64,000 nucleotides of DNA, taken from Bacilli bacterium. Its GTDB lineage: Bacteria > Bacillota_I > Bacilli_A > ML615J-28 > CAG-313. The stretch covers positions 620 through 64,619 of the forward strand of contig JAFTPH010000026.1 of the NCBI GenBank assembly GCA_017463365.1. Reading direction: 5' to 3'. The stretch's first letter is position 1; each line of letters starts with the position of its first letter. The position numbers and the translations under genes were made by a program. Shown in pieces: positions 1 through 11,310 of the stretch. The notes under the pieces are model-generated. The model saw nothing but the letters and a program-made list of their open reading frames with translations. It searched no databases and was not told where the DNA came from.

Positions 1-306
1 CGTGAAGCGAAGAAAAATCAAAAAGTTGTTACTGTAAAAGAAGTACGTTTAAGTCCAACTATTGATACAGGTGATTTTGCAACCAAGCAAAAAGCAGCTC
101 GTCGTTTCTTAACAGATGGGGATAAAGTTAAAGTTAGCTGTCGTTTCCGTGGTCGTATGATTGAATATGCTAATAAGACAAAAGAACTATTTGTTAAATT
201 TGCTGCGGGACTTGAAGATGTTGCTGTTATTGAACAACAACCATCACTAGATGGCCGTAACATGTTTATGCAATTAGGACCAATTCCAGAAAAAAAGAAA
301 AATTAA
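1..306 (+). CDS. infC: Translation initiation factor IF-3, C-terminal part (5' end lies outside the window)
   Basis: Frame-1 translation ...VKVSCRFRGRMIEYANKTKELFVKFAAGLEDVAVIEQQPSLDGRNMFMQLGPIPEKKKN* is a typical IF-3 C-domain. Followed by rpmI-rplT as in the canonical infC-rpmI-rplT operon. Confidence 0.9.
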   Translation, partial: REAKKNQKVVTVKEVRLSPTIDTGDFATKQKAARRFLTDGDKVKVSCRFRGRMIEYANKTKELFVKFAAGLEDVAVIEQQPSLDGRNMFMQLGPIPEKKKN

Positions 307-328
307 TTAACAAGAAGGAGAAAAATTT

Positions 329-529
329 ATGCCAAAAATGAGAAGCCATAGCGCAACTAAAAAGCGCTTAAGAATCACAGGTAGTGGTAAAGTAGTTCGT
401 AGTCAAGCTGGAACAAGCCACTTAGCACCTGGAAAAACACAAAAACAAACAAGACATTTAAGAAAAGAAGCAGCTGTATGTACATCTGATTTACGTCGTA
501 TCAGACAACAAGTTGCTAACATCAAATAA
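329..529 (+). CDS. rpmI: 50S ribosomal protein L35
   Basis: 66 aa [24 protein letters not shown]... matches the L35 consensus. RBS AAGGAG upstream. Confidence 0.95.
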   Translation: MPKMRSHSATKKRLRITGSGKVVRSQAGTSHLAPGKTQKQTRHLRKEAAVCTSDLRRIRQQVANIK

Positions 530-543
530 GGAGGAAGCCGAAC

Positions 544-912
544 ATGCCAAGAACTAAGGGTGGAGTTGTAAGTCGTAGAAGACGTAATAAAGTTTTAAAA
601 CTTGCTAAAGGTTACTTTGGGTCAAAACATGCGTTATATAAAACAGCTCATGAACAAGTAATGCATTCATTAAGATATGCATATCGTGACCGTCGTGTTA
701 ACAAACGTAATTTCCGTAAATTATGGATTATCCGTGTTAACGCTGCTGCACGTGCTAATGGAATTAACTATAGCTTATTAATGCATGGTTTATCTTTAGC
801 AAATGTTACTGTAAACAGAAAGATGTTAGCTGACTTAGCAGTAAATGATGCTGCTACATTCACAAGTCTTTGTGAAACAGCTAAACAAGCTATCGCTGCT
901 AAAAACAACTAA
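544..912 (+). CDS. rplT: 50S ribosomal protein L20
   Basis: 122 aa [29 protein letters not shown]... matches the L20 consensus. Confidence 0.95.
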   Translation: MPRTKGGVVSRRRRNKVLKLAKGYFGSKHALYKTAHEQVMHSLRYAYRDRRVNKRNFRKLWIIRVNAAARANGINYSLLMHGLSLANVTVNRKMLADLAVNDAATFTSLCETAKQAIAAKNN

Positions 913-927
913 TTATTAAAATTTAAG

Positions 928-950
928 ACCTACCTACGGTAGGTTTTTTA
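928..950 (+). terminator. Rho-independent terminator after rplT
   Basis: Hairpin ACCTACC-tac-GGTAGGT followed by TTTTTT. Confidence 0.7.
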
Positions 951-1025
951 TTTTCTTGAAATATCATTTAAAAAATGTTATAATTGAATTAATGGGTAGA
1001 AGGTAGAAATATAAAGGAGAATGTT

Positions 1026-2165
1026 ATGAAAAAAGAAAACAGACATCATTATTTGCTAGTAGCATTTGGAGTTATATTGTTTGTAGGGTTACTCCATTTA
1101 AGTTCAATTTTCTCATGGATATCTAATGTTATAAATGTTTTAATGCCGGTAGTATTTGGTTTTATTGTGGGATTTATTCTTAATGTTCCAATGCGAGCAA
1201 TTGAAAGATTAATTGATAAATTACCAAAAAAGAAAGATAAAGGACTAAATCCAAAATTAAAAAGAGGTTTGAGTTTTGCGATTACGATAATAATATTATT
1301 AGGTGTTGTTACTTTATTAGTAGTTGTTGTATCTCCAAAACTAGTAGATTCAGTTATAAGCATTTATAATTTAATTATGAGTAATTGGACAGAGATTATA
1401 AAATTTTTAGAAGAATTAGGAATTGATGCATCTTTAGTTCAAAGTTGGATGGATAAATTGGATATTAAAGAAATAATCCAAGCTTTATCGAAAGACACGA
1501 TTGATTTATTTGACGTAGTATTCAATTTTGTTGGTTCAACAGTTTCAGGTATTATCTCTTTATTAGTAGGTTTTGTTATTGCGATATACGTATTATTGGG
1601 TAAAGAAAATATTATAAATGGTACTAAAAAATTAGTATTAGCGAACTGTAATGAAAAAAGATCTAATTTTATTTTTAAGACATGTAAGTTAGTTGATGAA
1701 AAATATACAAAATTCTTATCTGGTCAATGTGTTGAAGCGTGCATATTAGGATTACTAATGTTTATTGTTTTCAAGATTTTAGGTATTCCATATGCTAGTT
1801 TAATTGCGGTATTAACAGCATTTTGTGCTTTTGTACCTTATGTTGGAGCCTTCCTATCATGTTTTATTGGTGCGGTTCTAATAATGTTAGTTGATCCAAG
1901 TAAGGTAATTATTTATGTTATTGCCTATCTTGTAACGCAATTTGTTGAAAATCAATTCATTTATCCACATGTAGTAGGTACTTCAGTAGGATTAAATGCC
2001 TTATGGACAATTATTGCGGTTTTTATTGGAGGAAAAATACTTGGTTTATTTGGTATGATATTCTTCATTCCTCTTGTTGCAGTAATTGTTACTTTAATTA
2101 ATGAATATACGGATAAAAAACTAAAAGATAAAAACTTAAATGTTTCTATATCAACTGAAAAATAA
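1026..2165 (+). CDS. AI-2E family (PerM/UPF0118) membrane transporter
   Basis: 379 aa polytopic membrane protein with AI-2E-type architecture and a conserved C-terminal region (...FIPLVAVIVTLINEY). Confidence 0.7.
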   Translation: MKKENRHHYLLVAFGVILFVGLLHLSSIFSWISNVINVLMPVVFGFIVGFILNVPMRAIERLIDKLPKKKDKGLNPKLKRGLSFAITIIILLGVVTLLVVVVSPKLVDSVISIYNLIMSNWTEIIKFLEELGIDASLVQSWMDKLDIKEIIQALSKDTIDLFDVVFNFVGSTVSGIISLLVGFVIAIYVLLGKENIINGTKKLVLANCNEKRSNFIFKTCKLVDEKYTKFLSGQCVEACILGLLMFIVFKILGIPYASLIAVLTAFCAFVPYVGAFLSCFIGAVLIMLVDPSKVIIYVIAYLVTQFVENQFIYPHVVGTSVGLNALWTIIAVFIGGKILGLFGMIFFIPLVAVIVTLINEYTDKKLKDKNLNVSISTEK

Positions 2166-2169
2166 ATAA

Positions 2170-2202
2170 AAAAACATCTCACACATAAGTGTGAGATGTT
2201 TT
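2170..2202. terminator. Bidirectional terminator between convergent genes
   Basis: AAAAACATCTCACAC-ataa-GTGTGAGATGTTTT. Confidence 0.75.
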
Positions 2203-2210
2203 AATTATAA

Positions 2211-4043
2211 TTAGTTTTTCTTTCTTAAGATGATAAATGCTAAAGAGATACAAGCAATTAATGAAGTTGTAAGAGTTAATAATTCTTTCTTACATCCTTC
2301 TTTTGCAGGAGCTTCAACTTTAATTTCTTCATAAAGAGCAGTAATTACTAAATCTTCTTCAACATCATCAAATTCTTTATCCCAACCAACAAAGTTATAT
2401 CCTTCAACACTTGGGGCTGTTGGTGCTGTTGCATCTTCCCCTTCTTTAACAGTTTCTTCTTTCAAGATGTTTCCGTCTTTATCTTTGAAAGTTACTGTGT
2501 ATTTGTTGATTAATAATTCTTCATTATTGATAATCTCAACTGTTTTAGTAATAGTTGTACCATCAAGTTTAGTAATAACAATATCGTAATAGTAGTTAGT
2601 ATCACTATAGTTAGCTCCTAAATCAAGTGAATAAATATTAGCAAGTTTAATTTTTCTTGATACTTCTTTAAGATTGCTTTCGTTATATAAGTTAACTTCT
2701 TTTCCAGTAACAGTGATTTTATCAACATATCCGTAGATATCAGAATTCCATACTAAAGTTGCTGTTTCTTTTTCAGCATCACGTTCAACTTTAAGAGATT
2801 TTAAGAAACTTTCTTCATTGTATTTTGAACTAACACCACGGCGATTTTTAATTTCTAAACTATATTGTTCATCACCCATATTATTGTACATCTTTAAAGT
2901 TAAACGAGAAGAAGTAACAGTAATGATGCATCCACCATAGTTTAAGTTTTGAACATAGTCCATACCATCATCGTTAGCTTTATATGTTTTATTACCAACA
3001 GCAGGACCAATTACATGAGTTACTCCTAAATCAGGATTTATTTCACCATCTAAACGAGTTTTTTGAACACAGAAGGCATGTTCATGTCCACTTAAAATAA
3101 TGTCAACCGCATATTCTTCAAAAATATCGCCAAAAGCTTGTTTCATACGTTTTGCATCACTTGAATAGTTACCACCAGTAATTAAACCTGCATGAATACC
3201 TACGATGATGAAATCAGCAGTGTTGTTTTCTAAAACTTCAGTAATCCAAGCGCGTTGTTCGTTAACATATTCATTTTTAATAGCATCAACCATTAAGAAT
3301 AAAATATTATTATAGTAGAAGTAGTATGATGAATTCATACGACCTTCAAATGAGTTTTTAGGGTTATTAAAATATTGATTGTAAATTTCTGGTGAATCAT
3401 AACCAGATGCGGCAGTAGTATAATATTCATGGTTTCCAGGGATTGTCGCATTAGGGAATGATTGTACTGATTTGAATTGGCTGAAATAACCATTCCATTG
3501 AGCTTCTTTACCAGCACGGTCTGTTACGTCACCTGTATTTAACATAAAAGCAATATTTGGATTAGCTTTTAATAAATTTTGGAAAACTGCTTCAACTTTA
3601 TCATAACCATTATCATATGTTTGAGAGTCAGTAATCCAAGCGAATGTTGTAACTGATTCATTTAAACCAGTATTAAATTTACAAATATCTGATTTTTCAC
3701 TACCAGCGATTACTTGATAATAGTAAGTTGTATATAATTTTAAACCTGATAAATTAACACTACAAACATAACGTTTTTCAAATGCTGGATAATCTCCTTT
3801 AACTTCACGTTCCCATTCGTGAACTTCAGGAGTTACTTTTGTGAATTTCTTTAAACTTGAATCTGTTCCATAAATAACATAGGAATCTGCATATCTTGTG
3901 TGATAATTAATTCCTATTTTATCCATTGTTTCCCCAGGAGCAGCGGTAATATTGGCAATACCAGCATACATTCCATTAGATGGGATAGAACTAATTAGAA
4001 AAATACTAATTAAAATACTAAAAAATGTCAATAATTTTTTCAT
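2211..4043 (-). CDS. Cell-surface calcineurin-like metallophosphoesterase (purple-acid-phosphatase-like) with a Flg_new-type repeat and a C-terminal membrane anchor
   Basis: 610 aa. N-terminal signal peptide. Metallophosphatase motifs GDVTDR...GNHEYY...GHEHAF. C-terminal 'GYNFVGWD' Listeria-Bacteroides (Flg_new) repeat and a hydrophobic C-terminal helix. Confidence 0.7.
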   Translation of the reverse strand: MKKLLTFFSILISIFLISSIPSNGMYAGIANITAAPGETMDKIGINYHTRYADSYVIYGTDSSLKKFTKVTPEVHEWEREVKGDYPAFEKRYVCSVNLSGLKLYTTYYYQVIAGSEKSDICKFNTGLNESVTTFAWITDSQTYDNGYDKVEAVFQNLLKANPNIAFMLNTGDVTDRAGKEAQWNGYFSQFKSVQSFPNATIPGNHEYYTTAASGYDSPEIYNQYFNNPKNSFEGRMNSSYYFYYNNILFLMVDAIKNEYVNEQRAWITEVLENNTADFIIVGIHAGLITGGNYSSDAKRMKQAFGDIFEEYAVDIILSGHEHAFCVQKTRLDGEINPDLGVTHVIGPAVGNKTYKANDDGMDYVQNLNYGGCIITVTSSRLTLKMYNNMGDEQYSLEIKNRRGVSSKYNEESFLKSLKVERDAEKETATLVWNSDIYGYVDKITVTGKEVNLYNESNLKEVSRKIKLANIYSLDLGANYSDTNYYYDIVITKLDGTTITKTVEIINNEELLINKYTVTFKDKDGNILKEETVKEGEDATAPTAPSVEGYNFVGWDKEFDDVEEDLVITALYEEIKVEAPAKEGCKKELLTLTTSLIACISLAFIILRKKN

Positions 4044-4201
4044 TTGTCATGCACCTCTTTCACATAAAATTTTAACATAAATAGATATTTTATGCAAACG
4101 ATTTCTAAATTTAAAAAAATGTTCACGGAAAGTTCGGTTTTCTTTTCTTGCAAGTAAAATAATAATATGATATAATAAATAGAAATGAAAGGGGCAATAC
4201 T

Positions 4202-5017
4202 ATGTATCAAAAGATTAAAGATAGTTTATTTTACCCAAAAAGATTAGCAACAAGCTATCAAAGTAAAACAATCTGGTTTTTAATATTTATGATTGTGCTT
4301 TCAGCATTACCATTTATTTTATATACTGCTGTTAATGGGGTAATATCAAGTAATGATATTCGTAATGCGAAAAGAGTCTTTTTTGAAGAACCAGTAATTG
4401 AGTATAAAATTGAAAATAACCAATTAATACCATATGAGGTAACAACAAACAATCGTTATGTTGTAATTAAATCGGAATCTATTGGAGTTGCGTTTGTCAA
4501 TAATCCTAATGAAACAATCACTGTAAATGAATATTTAGTTATTGTTTTTGATAAAGATGCGGTTTTTTTACAATCACCGAATTTACCATTGTTAAATTAT
4601 AAAGTAGCTGATTATAGTGAATTAAATGGTATTGATTTTAAGGATGCGAAAGACTATAATAATGATGTATTTTGGAATACTATTCTAGGTATTTTAAATA
4701 ATAAGATTGATAAAATGAAATTTATTATTTATCCGGTTACTTTTATAACTATTATTATGCAATTTGCTATAAGCATTGTACTTGGAATATTATTTAATAC
4801 AATTTTATTAATGATGTTTGAACGAGTTCCGGGAGTATCATTTAAAGAAGTATATAAGAATTCAACAGTTGCTTTCTTTCCATATGTTATTACAACGATT
4901 TTAGCATATGCATTTAATTTAGCAATCATTCAATATTTGGGAAATATAATTTCATTCATTTATGCGTTAATCGCTCACAATGAATATCGTAAAATGAAAT
5001 ACAAGGAGATAAGATAA
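4202..5017 (+). CDS. Hypothetical polytopic membrane protein (possibly DUF1189-like)
   Basis: 271 aa with several TM helices. Sigma-A-like promoter upstream (TTGCAA-17-TATAAT at ~4150-4178). Stop lies 1 nt before the leuS start. Confidence 0.5.
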   Translation: MYQKIKDSLFYPKRLATSYQSKTIWFLIFMIVLSALPFILYTAVNGVISSNDIRNAKRVFFEEPVIEYKIENNQLIPYEVTTNNRYVVIKSESIGVAFVNNPNETITVNEYLVIVFDKDAVFLQSPNLPLLNYKVADYSELNGIDFKDAKDYNNDVFWNTILGILNNKIDKMKFIIYPVTFITIIMQFAISIVLGILFNTILLMMFERVPGVSFKEVYKNSTVAFFPYVITTILAYAFNLAIIQYLGNIISFIYALIAHNEYRKMKYKEIR

Positions 5018-5018
5018 T

Positions 5019-7424
5019 ATGAGTACTTATGAACATTTAAAAGTTGAAGCCAAGTGGCAAAAATACTGGAAAGAACATGAAACATTTAAAACTGATGTTT
5101 GGGATTTTTCTAAACCTAAATTCTATGCTTTAGATATGTTTCCATATCCATCAGGAGTAGGACTTCATGCGGGACACCCAGAAGGTTATACAGCAACTGA
5201 TGTAGTATCAAGAATGAAGAGAATGCAAGGTTTTAATGTTTTACATCCAATGGGATTTGACTCATTCGGACTTCCTGCTGAACAATATGCAATTAATACG
5301 GGAAATCATCCAGATGGATTTACAAAGAAGAATATTGGAACATTTAAAAACCAACTTGAAATGTTAGGTTTTTCATATGATTGGTCAAAAGAAATTTCGA
5401 CTTGTGATCCTGATTTCTATAAGTGGACACAATGGATATTTAAACAATTATTTGAAGATGGACTAGCTAAAAAAGTTGATATGCCTGTAAACTGGTGTGA
5501 AGAGCTTGGAACTGTACTTGCTAATGATGAAGTAATTGATGGTAAAAGTGAACGTGGTGGATATCCAGTGGTTCGTAAGAATATGAAACAATGGGTTATT
5601 GATATTCCTAAATATGCGGAAAAATTATTAAGTAATTTAGATAATATTGATTGGCCAGAATCTACTAAAGAAATTCAACGTAACTGGATTGGTAAATCAA
5701 TTGGAGCTCATGTTGATTTCAAAGTTGCAGGAAATGATGATGTATTTACAGTTTTCACAACTCGCTGTGATACTTTATTTGGAGCAACATATTGTGTATT
5801 ATCACCAGAACATGATCTAGTTAAAAAGATTATGACAAAAGAACAAAGTGAAGCAGTACTTGCATATATTGATGCTTGTAGTAAAAAATCTGATTTAGAA
5901 AGAACAGAACTTAATAAAGATAAAACAGGGGTATTTACTGGAGCTTATGCAATTAACCCTGCAAATGGTAAAGAAGTACCAATTTGGATTTCTGATTATG
6001 TACTTGTAAGTTATGGAACAGGGGCAATCATGGCTGTTCCAGCTCATGATGAAAGAGACTATGCATTTGCTAAAAAATTCGGTATTGATATTATTCCAGT
6101 ATTAGAAGGTGGAAATGTAGAAGAAGAAGCTTTTACTGGAGATGGATTACATATCAACTCTGATTTCTTAAATGGTTTAAATAAACAAGAAGCAATTGAT
6201 AAAATGATTGCGTTCTTAGAAGAAAAAGGTATTGGCAGCAAAAAAGTAAACTATCGTTTAAGAGAATGGATTTTTGCTCGTCAAAGATATTGGGGAGAAC
6301 CAATCCCGACTGTTACTTTTGAAGATGGAACAACTAGATCAGTTAGTGATGATGAGTTACCGGTTGTTTTACCAGAACTTGATAATTATAAACCATCTAA
6401 GTCAGGAGACTCACCACTTGCGAAAGCAACTGAATGGGTTAATGTTGAAATGGATGGTAAAAAAGGAGTTCGTGAAACATCAACAATGCCAGGTTCTGCT
6501 GGATCTAGCTGGTATTTCTTAAGATATATTGATCCAAAAAATGAGGAAACTTTTGCTGATAAAAAGTTACTAGAACACTGGATGCCTGTTGACTTATATG
6601 TAGGTGGACCAGAACATGCGGTTGGACACTTATTATATTCAAGAATGTGGATGAATTATTTATATGATAAAGGATTAGTTCCATGTGCCGAACCATTCCA
6701 AAAGTTAGTTCACCAAGGGATGATTTTAGGGTCAAATGGAATTAAAATGGGTAAAAGATTCCCTGAATATGTTGTTGATCCAAATGTTGTTGTAAAAGAA
6801 TATGGAGCAGATGCTTTACGTTTATACGAAATGTTTATGGGACCACTTGAAGCTGATAAACCATGGGATAATAATGGTATTGAAGGTAGCCGCAAATTCT
6901 TAGATCGTATTTGGCGTTTATATACTGAAGATGATAAAATCAAAGAAGAAGAAAATAAAAACTTAGAAAAGATTTATCATCAAACAGTAAAGAAAGTAAC
7001 AGAAGATTATGAAAATCTTAAATTTAATACTGCTATTGCAGCTATGATGATTTTTGTAAACGCGGTATATAAAGAAAATGTATTCCCGAAAGAATATGCA
7101 GAAGGATTTGTTAAATTATTAAATCCTTTAGCACCACATATGGCAGAAGAATTATGGGAAACAACTTTAGGTCACAACAATACATTAGCGTATGATGCTT
7201 GGCCAACATATGATTTAGAAAAAACAAAAGATGATGAAATTACTGTTGTTATTCAAATTAATGGTAAACTTCGTGATAAGGTAAGTGTAGCAGCAACAGC
7301 TTCAAAAGAAGAAATTGAAAAGGCTGCTCTAGCTACTTCAAGAGTTCAAGAATTACTTGCGGGATTAACAATTAGAAAGGTAATTGTTGTTCCTGGTAAA
7401 CTTGTAAACATTGTTGCTAATTAG
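5019..7424 (+). CDS. leuS: Leucyl-tRNA synthetase
   Basis: 801 aa with HAGHPEGY (HIGH-type) motif and class-I LeuRS architecture ([17 protein letters not shown]...). Confidence 0.95.
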   Translation: MSTYEHLKVEAKWQKYWKEHETFKTDVWDFSKPKFYALDMFPYPSGVGLHAGHPEGYTATDVVSRMKRMQGFNVLHPMGFDSFGLPAEQYAINTGNHPDGFTKKNIGTFKNQLEMLGFSYDWSKEISTCDPDFYKWTQWIFKQLFEDGLAKKVDMPVNWCEELGTVLANDEVIDGKSERGGYPVVRKNMKQWVIDIPKYAEKLLSNLDNIDWPESTKEIQRNWIGKSIGAHVDFKVAGNDDVFTVFTTRCDTLFGATYCVLSPEHDLVKKIMTKEQSEAVLAYIDACSKKSDLERTELNKDKTGVFTGAYAINPANGKEVPIWISDYVLVSYGTGAIMAVPAHDERDYAFAKKFGIDIIPVLEGGNVEEEAFTGDGLHINSDFLNGLNKQEAIDKMIAFLEEKGIGSKKVNYRLREWIFARQRYWGEPIPTVTFEDGTTRSVSDDELPVVLPELDNYKPSKSGDSPLAKATEWVNVEMDGKKGVRETSTMPGSAGSSWYFLRYIDPKNEETFADKKLLEHWMPVDLYVGGPEHAVGHLLYSRMWMNYLYDKGLVPCAEPFQKLVHQGMILGSNGIKMGKRFPEYVVDPNVVVKEYGADALRLYEMFMGPLEADKPWDNNGIEGSRKFLDRIWRLYTEDDKIKEEENKNLEKIYHQTVKKVTEDYENLKFNTAIAAMMIFVNAVYKENVFPKEYAEGFVKLLNPLAPHMAEELWETTLGHNNTLAYDAWPTYDLEKTKDDEITVVIQINGKLRDKVSVAATASKEEIEKAALATSRVQELLAGLTIRKVIVVPGKLVNIVAN

Positions 7425-7425
7425 T

Positions 7426-8046
7426 ATGAAAAAATGGTTTAGTGAAATAAAACTAAAAAACTGTATAATAGCCCTTGCTAGTAGTGTTGTTTTAGCTTTT
7501 GGATTATACAATGTTCATGCAACCGCAGATATTACAGAAGGTGGAATGCTTGGATTAACCCTTTTATTAGACTATTGGTTTAATATTACTCCAGCAATTT
7601 CTAGTTTTATCTTCAATGTTATTTGTTATTTGATTGGTTGGAAAGTGTTAGGACGCAAGTTTATTATTTATTCGTTTTTTGCGACTTTCGGTTTTTCATT
7701 AAGTTATAGAATTTTTGAATTATTCCCCCCAGTATTTCCAGCAATTTATGAATATCCATTAATTGCTTCAATTCTTGGAGCAATCTTTGTTGGGGTAACA
7801 ATTGGTATTTGTGTAAAAATTGGAGGAGCTCCAACTGGTGATGATGCTTTAGCAATGAGTATTTCAAAATCAGCTAAAATTAAAATTGAATGGATATACT
7901 TAATCATGGATATAATAGTTTTAGGTTTATCTTTAACCTATATTCCTTTTTCGAGAATTATTTATTCTTTGATAAGTGTAATAATTTCTGGTCAATTAGT
8001 GGGATTAATATCTCGTAGTAAAAAGAATAAAACAAATATAATTTGA
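7426..8046 (+). CDS. YczE/YitT-family small membrane protein
   Basis: ~206 aa with ~5 TM helices and the ...KIGGAPTGDDALAMSISK... motif typical of the YczE/YyaS family. An alternative upstream start is at 7411. Confidence 0.5.
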   Translation: MKKWFSEIKLKNCIIALASSVVLAFGLYNVHATADITEGGMLGLTLLLDYWFNITPAISSFIFNVICYLIGWKVLGRKFIIYSFFATFGFSLSYRIFELFPPVFPAIYEYPLIASILGAIFVGVTIGICVKIGGAPTGDDALAMSISKSAKIKIEWIYLIMDIIVLGLSLTYIPFSRIIYSLISVIISGQLVGLISRSKKNKTNII

Positions 8047-8092
8047 CATCTTGAAAAATGACATAATTTATTTTATACAAAGGGAGAAAATT

Positions 8093-9568
8093 ATGAATAA
8101 AAAAACAGAACACCATAGTGGAATATTAATGCCAATTAGTTCTTTGCCTTCAAAATATGGGATTGGTAATTTTGGTAAAGATGCTTATAAGTTTGCTGAT
8201 TTTTTAGCAAAAACAAAACAAAAATATTGGCAAGTTTTACCACTAAATCCTACATCATATGGTGATAGCCCATATCAGTCTCCAGCTTCAGCTTCAGGAA
8301 ACCCATATTTTATCGATCCTGAAGTATTATATGAAGATGGTCTATTAACCAAAGAAGATTTAAAAGAGGCTATTAATAAAAATAAGCGTGTTGATTACGG
8401 ATGGCTATTTAATACTAGATATGATTTATTAAGAAAAGCTTTTTCAAGATTTAATCCAAATGATGATTATTTTGTATTCTGTAAAAATAATCAAGAATGG
8501 CTTGATGATTATGCTTTATTTATGAGCTTAAAAGTTCAACATGGTTATGCGGAATGGACAAGTTGGGAAAACGATTATCAAGATTACGAAAAAGCTAAGG
8601 AATTAAAAGAAAATTTTGAAGAAGAAATGAAGTATTGGCGTTTTATCCAATATGAATTTCATAAACAATGGGATAAATTACACCAATATGTTAAGAATTT
8701 AGGAATCAAAATTATTGGTGATATGCCAATTTATGTTGCACATGATAGTATGGATGTTTGGTGTAGTCCAGAAGATTTCTTGTTGGATGAAAAACATCAA
8801 CCTACACTTGTGGCTGGATGTCCTCCTGATGGTTTTTCACCTGATGGACAGTTATGGGGTAATCCAATTTATAATTGGGATAAAATGGAAAAAGATGGTT
8901 TTACATGGTGGAAAAAACGTATCAAAGAAAGCTTTAAACTTTATGATGTTTTAAGAATTGACCACTTTAGAGGATTTGCGGGATACTACGCAATTCCATT
9001 TGGTCATGAAACAGCAAGATTTGGTAGTTGGTATCATGCTCCAGGAATTGAATTATTTGATACTATTAAAAAGCATTTTCCAAAAGCAGAAATTATCGCT
9101 GAAGACTTAGGATTCATAACTGAAGATGTTAGAGAATTACTAGCTAAAACTGGTTTCCCTGGTATGAAAATTCTTCAATTTGCTTTCTATGATGATGATG
9201 CAGAATTCTTACCAAGAATGTTTAAAGATGAAAATTGTATTGTGTATACTGGTTCTCATGACTCTGACTGTACTAAAACTTGGTATCAAAATTTAAATGG
9301 CGATGCTAAGAAACGTTTCAAGAAAGAATGTCCAAAAAGAAAAAATCAAACTGGAACAGAAGCATTAATCGAATTTGCTTTAAACAGTAAAGCTTTTTTA
9401 GCAATCATTCCAATCCAAGATTATTTAGAATTAACTAATGATTTAGGTCGTATGAATACTCCAGCAGTTGCCTCAGGTAACTGGACATGGAGATTAAGTT
9501 CAAGATATGCGACTGATCGATTAATAAATAAAATTAGTAAACTTACTATTGACTCAAAACGTATATAA
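8093..9568 (+). CDS. malQ: 4-alpha-glucanotransferase (amylomaltase, GH77)
   Basis: N-terminus ...SGILMPISSLPSKYGIGNFGKDAYKFADFLAKTKQKYWQVLPLNPT is the canonical MalQ start. RBS AGGGAG before the ATG at 8093. The ORF track begins at an upstream TTG (8051). Confidence 0.9.
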   Translation: MNKKTEHHSGILMPISSLPSKYGIGNFGKDAYKFADFLAKTKQKYWQVLPLNPTSYGDSPYQSPASASGNPYFIDPEVLYEDGLLTKEDLKEAINKNKRVDYGWLFNTRYDLLRKAFSRFNPNDDYFVFCKNNQEWLDDYALFMSLKVQHGYAEWTSWENDYQDYEKAKELKENFEEEMKYWRFIQYEFHKQWDKLHQYVKNLGIKIIGDMPIYVAHDSMDVWCSPEDFLLDEKHQPTLVAGCPPDGFSPDGQLWGNPIYNWDKMEKDGFTWWKKRIKESFKLYDVLRIDHFRGFAGYYAIPFGHETARFGSWYHAPGIELFDTIKKHFPKAEIIAEDLGFITEDVRELLAKTGFPGMKILQFAFYDDDAEFLPRMFKDENCIVYTGSHDSDCTKTWYQNLNGDAKKRFKKECPKRKNQTGTEALIEFALNSKAFLAIIPIQDYLELTNDLGRMNTPAVASGNWTWRLSSRYATDRLINKISKLTIDSKRI

Positions 9569-9576
9569 AACAAACT

Positions 9577-9606
9577 AAAAAGCCGCATTAAACGGCTTTT
9601 ATTTTG
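9577..9606 (+). terminator. Terminator after malQ
   Basis: AAAAGCCGcattaaaCGGCTTTTATTTT. Confidence 0.8.
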
Positions 9607-9657
9607 CTATTTTTTGGTATAAGTGTTATAATTAAATATATAAATATGGAGTATGTT

Positions 9658-10230
9658 ATGAAGAAGTTAATTGCTGATATTGAAAATTATATACCTTTTA
9701 ATGAACAAGAAGTATCTGATAAAAAAGTAATTTTAAATTGGTTAAAAAAAGATATTGATGTTTTAACTAGAAATAATACAGATGCTCACCTTACTGGTTC
9801 AGCTTGGGTTGTAAGTCAAGACTTTAAGAAAATATTAATGGTTTATCATAATATTTTTGATTCATGGGCTTGGATTGGTGGACATGCTGATGGAGATAGT
9901 GATTTACTTAGAGTTGCTATTAAAGAAGTTAAAGAAGAAAGTGGCGTTGAACATATCGAAGTATTATCACCCGATATTTTCTCTTTAGAAGTATTATGTG
10001 TTGATGGACATATTAAAAGAGGAGAATATGTTTCTTCCCATGTTCATTTAAATGTTACTTACTTGTTAAGTGCTTCAACTAGTGATTGCTTGCGTATTAA
10101 ACCTGATGAAAATAGTGGTGTTGAATGGGTTAATATTGAAGATGTAAATGACAGAGTAACAGAAATTTGGATTAAAGAAAAAATATATTCAAAATTATTT
10201 AAGAAAGCAGAATTATTTAGTAAAGGGTAA
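9658..10230 (+). CDS. NUDIX hydrolase
   Basis: Nudix box GGHADGDSDLLRVAIKEVKEESGV (GX5EX7REUXEEXGU). Start chosen at the ATG with a GGAG spacer; upstream alternatives at 9646 and 9604. Confidence 0.75.
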   Translation: MKKLIADIENYIPFNEQEVSDKKVILNWLKKDIDVLTRNNTDAHLTGSAWVVSQDFKKILMVYHNIFDSWAWIGGHADGDSDLLRVAIKEVKEESGVEHIEVLSPDIFSLEVLCVDGHIKRGEYVSSHVHLNVTYLLSASTSDCLRIKPDENSGVEWVNIEDVNDRVTEIWIKEKIYSKLFKKAELFSKG

Positions 10231-10234
10231 TTAT

Positions 10235-11218
10235 ATGAAAAAAATAATTATAACTGGATCTACTGGACATATTGGTAATAATTTAATTAGATATTTGGTT
10301 GAAAACTATTCTGATATACAAATTAAATTATTGGTTAGAAGGCTTAAAGATGAGGCCATCGATGAATTTGATTGCTTGAAAGTGGTAGGAGATTTGAGTG
10401 ATATATCTTTTTTAAGTAAAGAGATTGAAGAAGATAGTATTGTTATTCATAGTGCTGGTTTAATTGATGTTACCAATAAACAAATATCGGAAATGGAAAA
10501 AATTAATAATGATTTAACGAGAAAATTAGTTGATATTTGTATTGAAAAGAAAGTTTCTAAGTTTATTTATATTAGTAGCGTTGATGCGATTAACAAAGAA
10601 GAAGTTGGATTAATTAAAGAACCTACTTGTTTTAATCCTGATCTTTTAGAAAGTAATTATGGTAAATCTAAAGCAAAAGCTACAAGTTATGTATTAGACA
10701 AAATAAATAGTGGTTCACTATGTGGGGTTATTTTATATCCATCGGCAGTAATTGGTCCATTAGATTTTAAAGTATCATCGATTGGACAAGTTTTAGTAGA
10801 TAATATCCATAATCGCATTATGGCTAGACTTGATGGGAAATATAATTTTATTGATGTGCGTGATTTAAGTGAAGCAATCGCATATTGTGTATTTAATGAT
10901 GTTGGTTCATCTTATCTAATAACAGGAGAAATAGTTAGTGTAGATGAATTATTTATGATAATAAATGAAAAACTTGGCAAAAAGAAACTGCCTATTAAGT
11001 TGCCATTTAGTTTAATAATGTTTTTTGCTAACTTTATGCCGCTTTATTATAAATTAAGAGGTGTAAAACCGGTGTTTACAAAGTTCGCTTTAAAGACTTT
11101 AAGAACGAATTGTAATTATGATAATAGTAAGGCAATAGAAGATTTAAAACTTCGAATTAGACCTGCAAAAGACTCAATTAATGATGCGATTGACTGGTTT
11201 ATTAGTCATGGTAATTAA
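10235..11218 (+). CDS. NAD-dependent epimerase/dehydratase family (SDR) protein
   Basis: N-terminal Rossmann motif ITGSTGHIGNNLIRYL. 327 aa. Confidence 0.75.
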   Translation: MKKIIITGSTGHIGNNLIRYLVENYSDIQIKLLVRRLKDEAIDEFDCLKVVGDLSDISFLSKEIEEDSIVIHSAGLIDVTNKQISEMEKINNDLTRKLVDICIEKKVSKFIYISSVDAINKEEVGLIKEPTCFNPDLLESNYGKSKAKATSYVLDKINSGSLCGVILYPSAVIGPLDFKVSSIGQVLVDNIHNRIMARLDGKYNFIDVRDLSEAIAYCVFNDVGSSYLITGEIVSVDELFMIINEKLGKKKLPIKLPFSLIMFFANFMPLYYKLRGVKPVFTKFALKTLRTNCNYDNSKAIEDLKLRIRPAKDSINDAIDWFISHGN

Positions 11219-11310
11219 ATCATTTGCAAAAAGCATAATAATTTGATATAATAAGTAAGAATTTAAGACCAAAATTGGCTACCTAATTTTAGGTATATGA
11301 AAGGAAAATT

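Noticed and set aside
4044-4201. Looked for T-box leaders upstream of leuS, metG (22860-22942) and cysS (26883-27000).
   Set aside because: The intergenic regions are 60-160 nt, too short for a T-box riboswitch (~250 nt), and contain only promoter or terminator elements. No T-box specifier/antiterminator (TGGNACCGCG-like) sequence was seen.
8715-8954. 79-aa + strand ORF inside malQ, and similar internal or antisense ORFs (1049-1363, 1961-2182, 3335-3517, 4258-4452, 4729-4929, 6059-6943, 7664-7867, 11289-11477, 12288-12554, 12975-13325, 13629-13814, 20362-20565, 23989-24198, 24433-24618, 29541-29789, 31399-31749, 32324-32521, 33620-33853, 34468-34975, 35642-35836, 42787-42990, 44386-44751, 59290-59493, 59677-59928, 60240-60452, 63638-63928).
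   Set aside because: All are nested in or antisense to well-supported genes. They are low-complexity translations without start signals.
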